Position numbers and translations under genes: made by a program | The notes under the pieces: model-generated | Told to the model about the DNA's origin: nothing | The model's input: only the letters and a program-made list of their open reading frames with translations | Database searches by the model: none | Part shown: in pieces, positions 1-8,394 of the stretch | Layout of the letters: each line of letters opens with the position of its first letter | Numbering within the stretch: the stretch's first letter is position 1 | NCBI GenBank assembly: GCA_965216875.1 | Contig: OZ244207.1 | Span: 2,304,001 to 2,368,000, forward strand | From: Rubripirellula sp. | GTDB taxonomy: Bacteria > Planctomycetota > Planctomycetia > Pirellulales > Pirellulaceae | Length of the DNA stretch: 64,000 bases | Direction: 5' to 3'

Positions 1-2
1 CC

Positions 3-2414
3 GTCATCGGATTCGGACAGCTCGGCGGCGAAGAGCTCGGTTACAACTCGTCCATGCAGTTGGTCTTCCTCTACGATCGCATCGACCGCCACAACCCCTA
101 TCACAGAGAGTTCTTCGATTCGCTCATCCGCGAAGTCATGCAACTGGTCACTCCCGACCAGAACGCCGTTGGTTTTGACATCGATCTTCGCCAGGGGCCC
201 ATGTTCGAAGTGGGTGCCCACATTTGCAGCGCGCTCGAAGCCGGACGGATCTACGAAACGAGCGGCCGAACTTGGCACCGCATGAATTTCGTCAAATCAC
301 GGGTGGTCGCGGGGTCACAAGCATTCGGCGAAGCCTTCCTCAATCGTCTCGAACCGTGGGTCTTCCGACGCTTTTTGAGTCGCGGCGACATGTCGGAAAT
401 CCGCGCCCTCAAGCACAAGCTTGAACGACGCGCTGAACAGCACCGCGCGATCGGCCAAGACATTGTCAGTGGTCCTGGCGGTCGCAGCGACATCGAAATG
501 ACCGTGCAGTTTCTGCAGTTGCTTCATGGCGGCGACGTAGCGTCGGTTCGCTGTGGCAACACCCATGATGCGATCGTCGCGCTTGAGCAAGCGGGGTGCT
601 TGACGCATCAAGAAGCGACTCTCTTGTCCGAGAACTACGCTCGCCTCTGCCGGCTTCAACATCAGCTTTCGGTGATGTTCGACCGACGCGGCGGCGTCTT
701 GCCGGACGACCCGGAATTGCGTGCACGCTTGGCTTGGCAGCTGGGCATTCGAGCCGATGACGGTTCCGGGGGTGATGCGGATCGATTCAGTCGCCTCTTG
801 GATGAGACGTTCGAAGTCAATCGCAAGATGATCAATCACTTGATGCTTGACGCACCCCACGAAGATTCCATGCCCATCGAGGCGGAGCTCGTTCTCGATC
901 CTGATCCGGACCAGGACATGGTGCAGGAAACCATGCAGAAGCACGGTCTTGCCGATCCGCAAAGGGCGATGCATGACTTGGTATCGCTAAGTAGTGAAAC
1001 GGTGAGCTTTTTGTCGCCGCACCGTTGCCGACATTTCTTTGCTGCTTTGGCCCCCAAACTTCTGGAAGAGATTTCTCGAACGCCCGATCCACAAGCGGCG
1101 CTCGCATCGCTGGTCGCAGTCACCGATTCGCTTGGAGCCAAAGCAACCCTTTGGGAATTGCTCGGGTCGCATCGACCAACGATGGAGCTGGTAGTGCGAC
1201 TCGCTGCGACAACGCCCTACTTGAACGGGATCTTGACCGAGAACCCGGGCATGATCGATGAGTTGATCGATTCCCTGCTGATGGATCGCCTTCCCTCGAC
1301 AAGCCGACTGGATGCCCATTCGATCGAGCTCTGCCGCGGAGCAGCTGATATCGATCTCATCTTGCGCGGGTTCAAGAATGGAGCACACTTGAACATCGGC
1401 GTGCGCGACATGCTCGGCAAAGAACCGGTCGAAGCGATTCATGCTGCGATCGCCGATACAGCCGAAGCGTGTCTGCGTCGCGTGATTGAACACGAACAGG
1501 CGTTGTTGTCTGATCGATTTGGTGATCCCGTAAACGAAAAGGGCGAACAGACTGAATTGGTCACGCTGGCCCTCGGAAAACTCGGTGGTCGCGAGCCCAA
1601 CTATCACAGCGACCTCGACGCGATCTTTTTGTACTCCGACGAAGGCGAGACGAAGCGGCGCGTCGGTGGCCACCGGTCGACGATGACGAACCAGCGGTTC
1701 TTTAACCAGCTGGCTGGCAAGGTCGTCAGTCGCATCAACAAATCGGGACCGGGTGCCCAGCTCTACGAACTCGACTCGCGACTGCGCCCGACAGGCGAAG
1801 AAGGGCTCATGGCTGTCTCGGTCGAAACCTTCTTGCGTCAGTTCACACAAGGCACGGCGCCACTCTGGCAGCGGATGGCGATTTGCAAGGCACGGGCGAT
1901 CTCGGGATCAACCAAACTTCGCAGGGCAACCGATTCTGCCATTTCCAAAGTCATCCAACAAACCAGCTGGCACGCTGGGATGGCAGAAGAGATTCGCGAC
2001 CTGAGAACGCGAATGGAAGCGACGGCAAATCCCGAGAACCTCAAGCGAGGTGAAGGCGGCACGGTCGACGCGGAAGTCATCGGGCAAATGTTGACATTGC
2101 GTCATGCGGGCGAGTCACCTGAAATCATCAAACCAGGAACCACTGCCTCGCTCGAAGCTTTATCAAAAGCGGGCTACCTCGATGAAAAGGACGCTTTGGA
2201 ATTGATCCACGGCTACCGAACGCTTCGCCGTGTGGAAGCTCGCTTGCGATTGATGGCCACGCCTGAGCGTCACGAGCTTCCAGAGGATGCCGAGCTGATG
2301 CAAAACCTTGCCTACCTGATGGGTGAAGCGGAACCGGCTATGATCGTTGCTCAATGTCGCCAAGCACGCCAAAACAATCGTCGATTGTTCAATCAGATCA
2401 TCGATCAACAGTAA
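3..2414 (+). CDS. glnE: Glutamine synthetase adenylyltransferase (GlnE), 5'-partial
   Basis: Frame is open from the window edge (VIGFGQLGGEELGYNSSM...). Two GlnE nucleotidyltransferase halves; the C-terminal half has LGKLGGREPNYHSDLD, YELDSRLRPTG and NLKRGEGGTVDAE. Confidence 0.93.
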   Translation, partial: VIGFGQLGGEELGYNSSMQLVFLYDRIDRHNPYHREFFDSLIREVMQLVTPDQNAVGFDIDLRQGPMFEVGAHICSALEAGRIYETSGRTWHRMNFVKSRVVAGSQAFGEAFLNRLEPWVFRRFLSRGDMSEIRALKHKLERRAEQHRAIGQDIVSGPGGRSDIEMTVQFLQLLHGGDVASVRCGNTHDAIVALEQAGCLTHQEATLLSENYARLCRLQHQLSVMFDRRGGVLPDDPELRARLAWQLGIRADDGSGGDADRFSRLLDETFEVNRKMINHLMLDAPHEDSMPIEAELVLDPDPDQDMVQETMQKHGLADPQRAMHDLVSLSSETVSFLSPHRCRHFFAALAPKLLEEISRTPDPQAALASLVAVTDSLGAKATLWELLGSHRPTMELVVRLAATTPYLNGILTENPGMIDELIDSLLMDRLPSTSRLDAHSIELCRGAADIDLILRGFKNGAHLNIGVRDMLGKEPVEAIHAAIADTAEACLRRVIEHEQALLSDRFGDPVNEKGEQTELVTLALGKLGGREPNYHSDLDAIFLYSDEGETKRRVGGHRSTMTNQRFFNQLAGKVVSRINKSGPGAQLYELDSRLRPTGEEGLMAVSVETFLRQFTQGTAPLWQRMAICKARAISGSTKLRRATDSAISKVIQQTSWHAGMAEEIRDLRTRMEATANPENLKRGEGGTVDAEVIGQMLTLRHAGESPEIIKPGTTASLEALSKAGYLDEKDALELIHGYRTLRRVEARLRLMATPERHELPEDAELMQNLAYLMGEAEPAMIVAQCRQARQNNRRLFNQIIDQQ

Positions 2415-2468
2415 TGACGGCTTGACGTCAGCCCCTCCCCATCCCCTCTCGCCAGCCACTCCCGCCTC

Positions 2469-4193
2469 ATGACTGACCACGATCCCAAGCAACTTCGATC
2501 ACACCGCTGGTTTGGCCCAGACGACATGCGTTCGTTTGGCCATCGATCGCGTTTAAAGGCGATGGGTTTTGACGACGCGGACTATCAAGATCGGCCGGTC
2601 ATCGCCATCCTGAACACATGGAGCGAGTTCAACACCTGTCATTCGCATTTCCCAGAGCGTGTCCAGGAAGTGCGGCGCGGCATTCTGCAAGCCGGCGGCT
2701 TCCCAGTCGAAGTACCGGTCATGTCGCTCGGCGAAATGCTGATGAAGCCAACCACCATGCTCTATCGCAACATGCTCGCGATGGAAGTCGAAGAGGTGTT
2801 GCGCTGTCACCCCGTCGACGCCGCCGTACTGATGGGCGGTTGCGACAAGACGGTGCCTGCGTTGTTGATGGGCGCCATCAGCGCCGACGTACCCTCGATC
2901 TTCATGCCTGCCGGCCCCATGCTCAAAGCACGGTGGAAGGACGTCACGCTTGGTAGTGGCAGCGACGTCTGGAAATACTGGGATGAACGCGTCGCGGGTA
3001 ACCTTTGTGACAGTGATTGGAAAGGGATCGAGAACTGCATCGGGCGATCCGCGGGCACCTGCATGACGATGGGGACCGCAAGCACGATGGCCTGCGTCAC
3101 CGAAGCGATGGGCTTTTCGCTTCCCAACTCAGCGAACGTTCCCGCAGTCGTTGCGAATCATTGTCGGCTTGCCGTAAGAACCGGACGCCGAGCTGTCGAT
3201 CTGGCCTGGCAAAACCTAAAGCCATCGGACTTCTTAACTGAAAAATCGATCGACAATGCGCTCATGACATCCTTGGCGATTGGCGGAAGCACCAATGCGA
3301 TCGTGCACTTGATCGCGATTGCAGGCCGCATGGGCATCGAACTGACGCTCGACCGATTCGACGAACTGTCACGCACCACGCCCGTTCTTGGCGATCTTCG
3401 TCCAGGTGGTCGGTTCCTGATGGAAGATTTTGACAACGCAGGCGGATTGCCGGCCCTTCTTTCACGACTCACCGACCTGTTGAATGTGGAGTGTAAAACG
3501 GTCAATGGAATGACGCTGGGCGAGCAGATTGAGGGTGCAGAAGTCATCGATGACGAGGTCATTCGTACCCGCGAGAACCCCGTTGCCGAGGCAGGTGGGA
3601 CCTGTTTGCTAAAAGGCAATCTCGCGCCCAACGGTTGTGTCATCAAGTCCATCGCAGCGGATAAGAAACTTCTACAGCATCGCGGTCCCGCTCTGGTGTT
3701 CGACAACTACGCCGAAATGAAGGCCAAGATCAACGATCCCGATCTTGAAGTCGACAAGAACAGTGTCCTGATCTTGCGGAACGCAGGCCCACTCGGCGCG
3801 CCCGGTTTTCCTGAATGGGGCATGTTGCCAATTCCGAAGAAGCTCCTGCAAGCCGGCGTGCGCGATATGGTTCGCATGAGCGATGCCAGAATGAGTGGGA
3901 CGAGCTACGGAACGTGTGTCTTGCACATTGCGCCCGAAAGTGCAGCGGGCGGTCCACTTGCCCTGGTCGAAACGGGCGACGAAATCGAGATCAACGTGCC
4001 AGAGAGAACGATTCATTGGCACGTCGACGAAAACGAAGTGGAACGTCGACGCGCCGCCTGTGCTCCGCCGAAGCCTGCTCCCGATCGAGGCTACGGTCAT
4101 CTTTACGCGAAACATGTCACACAGGCTGACAAGGGATGCGATTTTGACTTTCTTGTCGGTTCCACGCCCGGCGCCGAACCCGACATCTTCTAG
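2469..4193 (+). CDS. araD: IlvD/Edd-family [Fe-S] sugar-acid dehydratase (L-arabinonate dehydratase-like)
   Basis: Motifs GGCDKT, GTCMTMGTASTM, GGSTNA, DARMSGT and LHIAPE. The N-terminal LRSHRWF..DMRSFGHRSR is typical of the arabinonate dehydratase clade; substrate is not certain. Confidence 0.8.
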   Translation: MTDHDPKQLRSHRWFGPDDMRSFGHRSRLKAMGFDDADYQDRPVIAILNTWSEFNTCHSHFPERVQEVRRGILQAGGFPVEVPVMSLGEMLMKPTTMLYRNMLAMEVEEVLRCHPVDAAVLMGGCDKTVPALLMGAISADVPSIFMPAGPMLKARWKDVTLGSGSDVWKYWDERVAGNLCDSDWKGIENCIGRSAGTCMTMGTASTMACVTEAMGFSLPNSANVPAVVANHCRLAVRTGRRAVDLAWQNLKPSDFLTEKSIDNALMTSLAIGGSTNAIVHLIAIAGRMGIELTLDRFDELSRTTPVLGDLRPGGRFLMEDFDNAGGLPALLSRLTDLLNVECKTVNGMTLGEQIEGAEVIDDEVIRTRENPVAEAGGTCLLKGNLAPNGCVIKSIAADKKLLQHRGPALVFDNYAEMKAKINDPDLEVDKNSVLILRNAGPLGAPGFPEWGMLPIPKKLLQAGVRDMVRMSDARMSGTSYGTCVLHIAPESAAGGPLALVETGDEIEINVPERTIHWHVDENEVERRRAACAPPKPAPDRGYGHLYAKHVTQADKGCDFDFLVGSTPGAEPDIF

Positions 4194-4249
4194 CCCGCAC
4201 TCGATTCCCGCCCCAACACACCTTCCCTCAACATCGATCACCATTGACT

Positions 4250-5152
4250 ATGAAAACCGACGCATTCGATCCCGCCCATCTGCGCGAGTCTGTGTTTGCT
4301 GTTCCGCCGCTTGCAAGAAACAGCGACATGCAGGTCTGCTCCACCGAAAACGCCAAGATCATCAAACATCTTGAATCGGGCGGAGTGCGTTCGTTGCTCT
4401 ATGGTGGCAACGCGGTCTTCTACCACATTGCACTCGCGGAATACGCCAGCACGCTGGCGATGCTCGCCGAACAGTCTGGCGCTGACACCACGGTTGTTCC
4501 TTCGATCGGACCGGCCTACGGTTTCGCGCGGGACCAAATCGAAGTGCTCAAGGATTTTGAATTCGCCACAGCGATGGTGCTGCCATCGCGAGACATCGTT
4601 GATTCGCAGGGGATCGCAACCGCGACTCGCAAACTCGCCGAAGCCTACGGTAAGCCGCTCGTGCTTTACCTAAAGTTTGACCGCTGGCTTGAGCCCGACT
4701 TGGTCAAGTCGCTTGAATCGGACGGTGCGATCTCTTGGATCAAGTACGCGGTCGTCCGTGACGATCCCGCTCAAGACGACTACCTGCGCGAAGTGCTCGA
4801 CGTCTTCCCTGCCGAGCGTGTCGTCAGCGGCATTGGCGAACAGCCGGCGATCGTGCACTTGCGTGATTTTGGCGTGACCGGATTCACAAGCGGGTGTGTT
4901 TGCGTCGCTCCAGAACAGAGCATGAAAATGATGCACGCCATCCACCAACGCGATTTCGAAACCGCCGAGTCGATTCGCAAGTGGTTCTGTCCCCTCGAAG
5001 ACCTGCGAAACGAGATCAGCCCGATCCGCGTGCTCCATCACGCGATCACCGAATCAGGGATCGCAAACGCTGGGCCGCTCCTTCCTATGCTCAGCGATCT
5101 CGATGCCCAAAGCATCCAGCGGATCGCGGCCGCCTGCCAACTGATGAAATAG
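4250..5152 (+). CDS. Dihydrodipicolinate synthase-family aldolase/dehydratase
   Basis: About 300 aa TIM-barrel pattern with YGGNA phosphate loop, likely Schiff-base Lys in WIKYAV and GFTSG. Directly downstream of the sugar-acid dehydratase. Confidence 0.8.
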   Translation: MKTDAFDPAHLRESVFAVPPLARNSDMQVCSTENAKIIKHLESGGVRSLLYGGNAVFYHIALAEYASTLAMLAEQSGADTTVVPSIGPAYGFARDQIEVLKDFEFATAMVLPSRDIVDSQGIATATRKLAEAYGKPLVLYLKFDRWLEPDLVKSLESDGAISWIKYAVVRDDPAQDDYLREVLDVFPAERVVSGIGEQPAIVHLRDFGVTGFTSGCVCVAPEQSMKMMHAIHQRDFETAESIRKWFCPLEDLRNEISPIRVLHHAITESGIANAGPLLPMLSDLDAQSIQRIAAACQLMK

Positions 5153-5208
5153 AACGTGGCATCGCCGTTCGTACTCCCACCAATAGCCGGAAGAGAACAC
5201 AGATTCCA

Positions 5209-5331
5209 GTGAGCCGATGGCCGTGAGGCCTCGGGCCCTTGTTGTCGGTGCGTGCTTGTTTCGGCCCAACACTACCGAGTTTGGCTTCCAGGTCGAACCA
5301 AGGCCCGTCCGCTAACGCGATCACGGCTCAC
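5209..5331. repeat. REP-like inverted pair (GTGAGCCG...CGGCTCAC)
   Basis: Inverted 8-mer ends with internal imperfect palindromes between convergent genes. Related half-sites near 12710-12805, 15496, 15638 and 48131. Confidence 0.6.
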
Positions 5332-5380
5332 AAACGCCGTTCGTCGTGACGCCAGTGGCGGAAGAGAACAAAGGTTCCGG

Positions 5381-7561
5381 CTAACGCTCGGTACGACGAA
5401 TTTGTGGCTCAGCGCCCAAGACCGCAGCGACTTCCTCGGCGGTGAGCGCCCGGTCGAACAGGGCCACTTCGTCGATGCGGCCTTCCCAATTGGAATCGTC
5501 ATCGCTTCGTCCGCCGATGAAGGCGGTTTCGGCCAGATTGCCAATCACGCCGGCCGAGGTCTCAATCTCGGGCGTGTCATTTCCTTCCAGATAGACGCTC
5601 ACGCGATCATCACGGCGAACCATCACTACCTGGTACCACTCCCAACGATCCATGACCGTTTTTCCGAACACGGGCTTCTGATGCCCATGCTTGAAGACAA
5701 GGCGACCAGCCGAGTCGCCCTTGCCACCCAAACCAAAGTGATCCCCAACGGAGCTGGTACCGTGAGCATGGTCGCGTGAAAAGAACCAACCCGAAGTCTC
5801 TCGGACGTCATTCGGCATCCCGTTCCAAACGGACATGATGATCGAGTAATTCGTTCCCAATCCGTCAAGCGCAACGCGCATCCGATCGCCAGCAAAATGC
5901 ACGCAGCGATTCGTCTTATCGCCGGCAAAACCTGCAGGGCCTTCAAGGAAATAGAGGACGCGGCGTTCAAACGAGCCGTGGCGATGGTTTCCCGACGCAT
6001 CGCTGGCCAAGGGGGCCTCTTGTTCGTGCAAACGCCAGTACGCGGCTGGTGACAATTTTGCGATCGCCTTTGACTTGGGACCTTGCCCCGGATCAACGCG
6101 ACGTCGTTGCTTGCCGGTGACGCTTTCGAGCAGTTCAAGTCCGGCGGCGACGATCCGAGGCTCCGCTGCGACTTCGAGCCCCGCTGAACGCGCTGCCCAG
6201 GTGTTGTAGCCTCCAAGAGCATGCTGTTCGGGCGGAGGAATGTAACCATCGGCGCCGTTGGCAAGTTCAATCACCATCGTCTTGGCGAGCGGACTTTGCA
6301 ATTTCAACTTGAGGCCCGTTAACGCGTACGTTTCGTTGGGTGTCGTCGCGATGGCGATGTCACCGATGCGCATCGCTTGCACGACCACCTCCGTTTGCTG
6401 GAGCTCATGCAACAAAATCTGCTCACGCGCGTAGACCTGCTCGCGTGTCTTCGGAGGCGATTGCCCGAGCGGCTCGACAACGCCCTTGGCCCACAACAAG
6501 CGTTGCGCATCGGGAACTCGATACTTCATCGCAAGCCGCTTTTCCGCAAACGCAATGTCCGCATCGCCGTATTCGACCGAGTCGTACAAATCGGTTGCGA
6601 CTTGCAAGAGCCCTTGTGCGTAACCTTCGATCGTTGAATCGTCTTTGCCCTGCCACGTCATGTAGTCGCGCCGCCAAATGTCACCGCTGCAACCGTGAGA
6701 CATGATGGCGACCACATCGGCCGTTCCACTTGAAGCTGCGGCGTGCTGCTCAAGACCGTCGCAGAAAAGGCCGAAGTAATCGGCGCTAATTGCCTTGTCT
6801 CCGAAGTAGTGCATCGAGAAATTGGCAAGCAGAGCGATCGGTCTTCCATCATTGCTGCGGAACGCGATCATCGAAAGCTCGGGGTCTTCTGGACCAGAGG
6901 GGCCAGTCACATCGTCGGGATTGCGCGCCGCATGCATGTTTGCTCGGACGGTTGGATTGCCGAATGGGTCCATGTCCACCTTGTCGGGCCGTCTCACCCA
7001 GCGACGCAGCGCAGTGAAGTCGTCAGCCGCGCCACTCACAAAACCGACCTTTGCTGGCTGCAGGTTCGATTCTGCCTCGACGATTGCCTCGACAAGCTTC
7101 TCACGGAGAAACGGCACATAGGTTGGATCGGCATCGGTGCCGAGAGCACCAAAGGCGGAAGGCGCCGTGTGAGTATGCGTCGCGGAAATCATGATTCGGT
7201 CCGCGCGTAACTTCGTGCGATTTGCCGCGCGGTGCTTAGCGTCGTCAAGCAGCAGTTTCGGCATCATGCAACTGTCAACGACGACCAATGCCATGCGATC
7301 GTCGCCATCATCAAGGACGATAGCGCGTGCGTTGACCCGCGTTTTGATTTCTCCACTGCTGCGAGTCAGCATTCCACCATTGACGAGCACTGGCATCTGG
7401 TTGGGCGTCACGTCAACGCGTGCGGCTCCAACGCGAAGCTCTGCCGATGCCGACCCCGACAGACAAACAACGAGAGCAAGTGCCCAAAGTGGTGGAGAGA
7501 GAAACCAATTCAAGGGAGAGCAACAGTGTCGATCACGGCACAAGATTCGTAGCGTCTGCAT
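5381..7561 (-). CDS. Secreted neutral-ceramidase-like hydrolase with C-terminal LamG/ConA-like domain
   Basis: Signal peptide ending SASA-ELRVGAARVDVTP; SATHTH, NFSMHY and ELANGADGYIPP motifs; C-terminal WEGRIDEVALFDRAL. Start trimmed to the ATG at 7561. Confidence 0.8.
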   Translation of the reverse strand: MQTLRILCRDRHCCSPLNWFLSPPLWALALVVCLSGSASAELRVGAARVDVTPNQMPVLVNGGMLTRSSGEIKTRVNARAIVLDDGDDRMALVVVDSCMMPKLLLDDAKHRAANRTKLRADRIMISATHTHTAPSAFGALGTDADPTYVPFLREKLVEAIVEAESNLQPAKVGFVSGAADDFTALRRWVRRPDKVDMDPFGNPTVRANMHAARNPDDVTGPSGPEDPELSMIAFRSNDGRPIALLANFSMHYFGDKAISADYFGLFCDGLEQHAAASSGTADVVAIMSHGCSGDIWRRDYMTWQGKDDSTIEGYAQGLLQVATDLYDSVEYGDADIAFAEKRLAMKYRVPDAQRLLWAKGVVEPLGQSPPKTREQVYAREQILLHELQQTEVVVQAMRIGDIAIATTPNETYALTGLKLKLQSPLAKTMVIELANGADGYIPPPEQHALGGYNTWAARSAGLEVAAEPRIVAAGLELLESVTGKQRRRVDPGQGPKSKAIAKLSPAAYWRLHEQEAPLASDASGNHRHGSFERRVLYFLEGPAGFAGDKTNRCVHFAGDRMRVALDGLGTNYSIIMSVWNGMPNDVRETSGWFFSRDHAHGTSSVGDHFGLGGKGDSAGRLVFKHGHQKPVFGKTVMDRWEWYQVVMVRRDDRVSVYLEGNDTPEIETSAGVIGNLAETAFIGGRSDDDSNWEGRIDEVALFDRALTAEEVAAVLGAEPQIRRTER

Positions 7562-7769
7562 GAACAACTCGCTAAGGGGGCCAAGAGTCACGGCGGGAAG
7601 GGAATGTGGGGCAGGTATGTCACGCCAGGTTGACACCCCTTCAAATATACCGGCCTCGGGGCAGCCAGTGCATTTCTTGCCGTTGCCCAATCGGCGCACG
7701 CGGCCAATGTCCCTACAATTCCCGGCTCGTTCTTTGATCCATTTGCGCCCGTGAGCTCCCCTGCCAAAC

Positions 7770-8177
7770 ATGTCAACGCGTCGACGTGCTCGTGAGATCG
7801 TCCTTCAGCTGCTGTACGAAGCAGACATGAACGATCACCGTGATGCTGCGTCTGCACGCTCGTTCATTCGATCAAGACTGCAGGGTCGCAAGGCGCTCAC
7901 CGAGTTCGCCGATGCATTGTTGCACGGGACGCTCGATCATCGAGACGAAATTGATTCCCGTTTATCCGCCCTGGCAACGCATTGGACGCTGCCGCGGATG
8001 CCGGTCACCGATCGCAACGTTTTGCGATTGGGTGCCTACGAGATTCTCTACTCAGAAACGCCGGGCCGTGTCGCTGTGAATGAAGCGATCGTGTTGGCCA
8101 AACGCTATGGCGACAAGAATAGCCCGCGTTTCGTCAACGGTGTGCTCGATCGCCTGCTGAAGGAAGCTGAGGCGTAA
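7770..8177 (+). CDS. nusB: Transcription antitermination factor NusB
   Basis: [33 protein letters not shown] and FVNGVLD. Confidence 0.97.
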   Translation: MSTRRRAREIVLQLLYEADMNDHRDAASARSFIRSRLQGRKALTEFADALLHGTLDHRDEIDSRLSALATHWTLPRMPVTDRNVLRLGAYEILYSETPGRVAVNEAIVLAKRYGDKNSPRFVNGVLDRLLKEAEA

Positions 8178-8198
8178 AGCCCGAATTCTTGTGCATGC

Positions 8199-8370
8199 CG
8201 TAGGGTGTGTGCTTGCACGCACCAAATCGACGAACTGCCGGATCTACGTCGCTGTCGCTCCTTGATCCGGCCTACAGACTCATCGAAATCAAACGTAAGT
8301 GTGTGCATGCACGCACCAAATCGACAAACTGCCGGATCTGTGTCGCTTTCGCTCCTTGATCCGGCCCACA
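8199..8370. repeat. Two tandem composite REP units, period about 95 bp
   Basis: GTAGGGTGTGTGCTTGCACGCACC followed by GCCGGATC...GATCCGGCCTAC at 8199-8276, with a diverged copy at 8294-8370. Lies between convergent genes. Confidence 0.85.
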
Positions 8371-8394
8371 TGCCTACATGGCTGCGACCAACTT

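Noticed and set aside
8199..8370. Possible CRISPR repeat-spacer array
   Set aside because: Only two units and the intervening sequence is also duplicated; it matches REP architecture.
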